A DNA stretch of 64,000 nt from Epiperipatus broadwayi (Eukaryota > Animalia > Onychophora), in NCBI GenBank assembly GCA_028023455.1, contig JAQFVV010000004.1, positions 26,846,001-26,910,000 of the forward strand, written 5' to 3'. Numbering within the stretch: the stretch's first letter is position 1; each line of letters begins with the position of its first letter. The notes under the pieces are model-generated. The model was not told where the DNA came from, searched no databases, and was given only the letters and a program-made list of their open reading frames with translations. The position numbers were made by a program, and so were the translations under genes. This document shows, in pieces, positions 63,040-64,000 of the stretch.

Positions 63040-63310
63040 GGCCATTTGGAATCCCTCAAACAAGCTGCCCTTTATGAAGTGAACATTTCCATTGGCAACA
63101 ACGAGACTTACAAATGAAAGTCAAAAGATGTTTTTGGACCTCAAATCTGCATATATTTGCCACACAATCCAATCTTTTCTTTCAGCAGCAGGATGTTTTG
63201 TTTTTGCTGTAGAAATATGTTCCAGCGACAGCTTCCATGTCTGGCAATTCCCATCTTTTCAAGTTTTCTGTGTTGGAATTAGCCATCTTCTTGGTCTCAG
63301 AAAATTTCTC
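63040..63310 (-). pseudogene. Possible piggyBac-like (PGBD4-type) transposase C-terminal Cys-rich remnant
   Basis: Frameshifted minus-strand pieces LEHISTAKTKHPAAERKDWIVW (cf. LEHI...K.P..R.C.VC), FICKS and LHKG/GSLFEGF (cf. YICKFC.VPLHKGSCFE.YH, recalled from memory). No TTAA-CCC terminus found. Confidence 0.4.
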
Positions 63311-63633
63311 GCTAATGCGTGACTCAAAATATGATCGTTAAAAATTGTACGCTACCCCACGCTAATTGAGAATTTAGGAGGCTTACAGCTTTATGAGAAA
63401 CAATCACAACACTGTTAAAAGTGCTAAAAGGTAACAGTACATCAATTCGTCTTAAAAAAAGGCCCCAATGAAAATTTAAATAATTTTGACACGATCAACT
63501 TAACACACCCTCGTACGATATTGTTACATAAAATACATAACACAGCATTATGATATAGTACATGACACAAACAACTACAGCATTTTCCTCTGCTTTTAGC
63601 ATCAGAAAAAGCCACACCATTAGCTGCTAAGCC

Positions 63634-63745
63634 GAGTTAACACTCTTTCTAGGTTTTATCGTAGAAAGAAGACTTAACTCCAAGTTAACACTCTATCTTT
63701 TAGCATAGAAAGAAGACTTAACTCCGAGTTAACAATCTTTCTGGG
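63634..63745. repeat. Short tandem repeat (about 45-50 bp, 2.5 copies)
   Basis: (g/a)agttaacactct...tagaaagaagacttaactcc is repeated. Confidence 0.75.
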
Positions 63746-64000
63746 ATTTATTTAAGAAAGAATGCTTAAAGGCTTGGGTGCAGCCACGGAGACAGCATAT
63801 TTCTAGAAATTTAGCTAGAAATAGTGCCATCCCAGAGCTGACATGAAGGATTAGATGAGAACCAATAATTGATTAAATATTTAACTGTTGATCAAATTAT
63901 TTTTTCTAAACTATCATGACTAGTAATAATATAATATATTAGTAGTGGTGCCTAGTGAAATTAGAAAACAATGCATTTAGAAATCCCTAATTGAGCATTG

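Overview
A 64-kb, strongly AT-rich eukaryotic window, probably arthropod (inferred from the TE families and TATA/TCAGT-type LTR promoters). It is mostly nested, decayed transposons. There are no prokaryotic genes, rRNA/tRNA genes or CRISPR. Main contents: an internally deleted Merlin (IS1595-like) transposon with TIRs and 8-bp TSD (4928-6029); a 1.4-kb spacer-less palindrome of two head-to-head Penelope-like (GIY-YIG) fragments (about 6300-7690); a near-full-length pseudogenised Tx1/L1-clade LINE (about 8.7-15.7 kb); and a second inverted Penelope cluster (16.1-17.5 kb). A full-length but pseudogenised Ty3/Gypsy element lies at 38215-45636 (TSD ATTG). Four minus-strand long-LTR insertions sit in (AT)n tracts: two solo LTRs, one deleted Gypsy with three nested insertions, and one young pol-less element with a 223-aa coiled-coil ORF. 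Also present are several pogo/Tigger and hAT MITEs and fold-backs, one probable host coding exon (37786-38047, minus), and a 1.7-kb hierarchical TTGACAA-core array next to a probable piggyBac-like transposase remnant. All protein assignments come from motif recognition by eye; no alignments or database searches were run. Boundaries marked approximate are uncertain.
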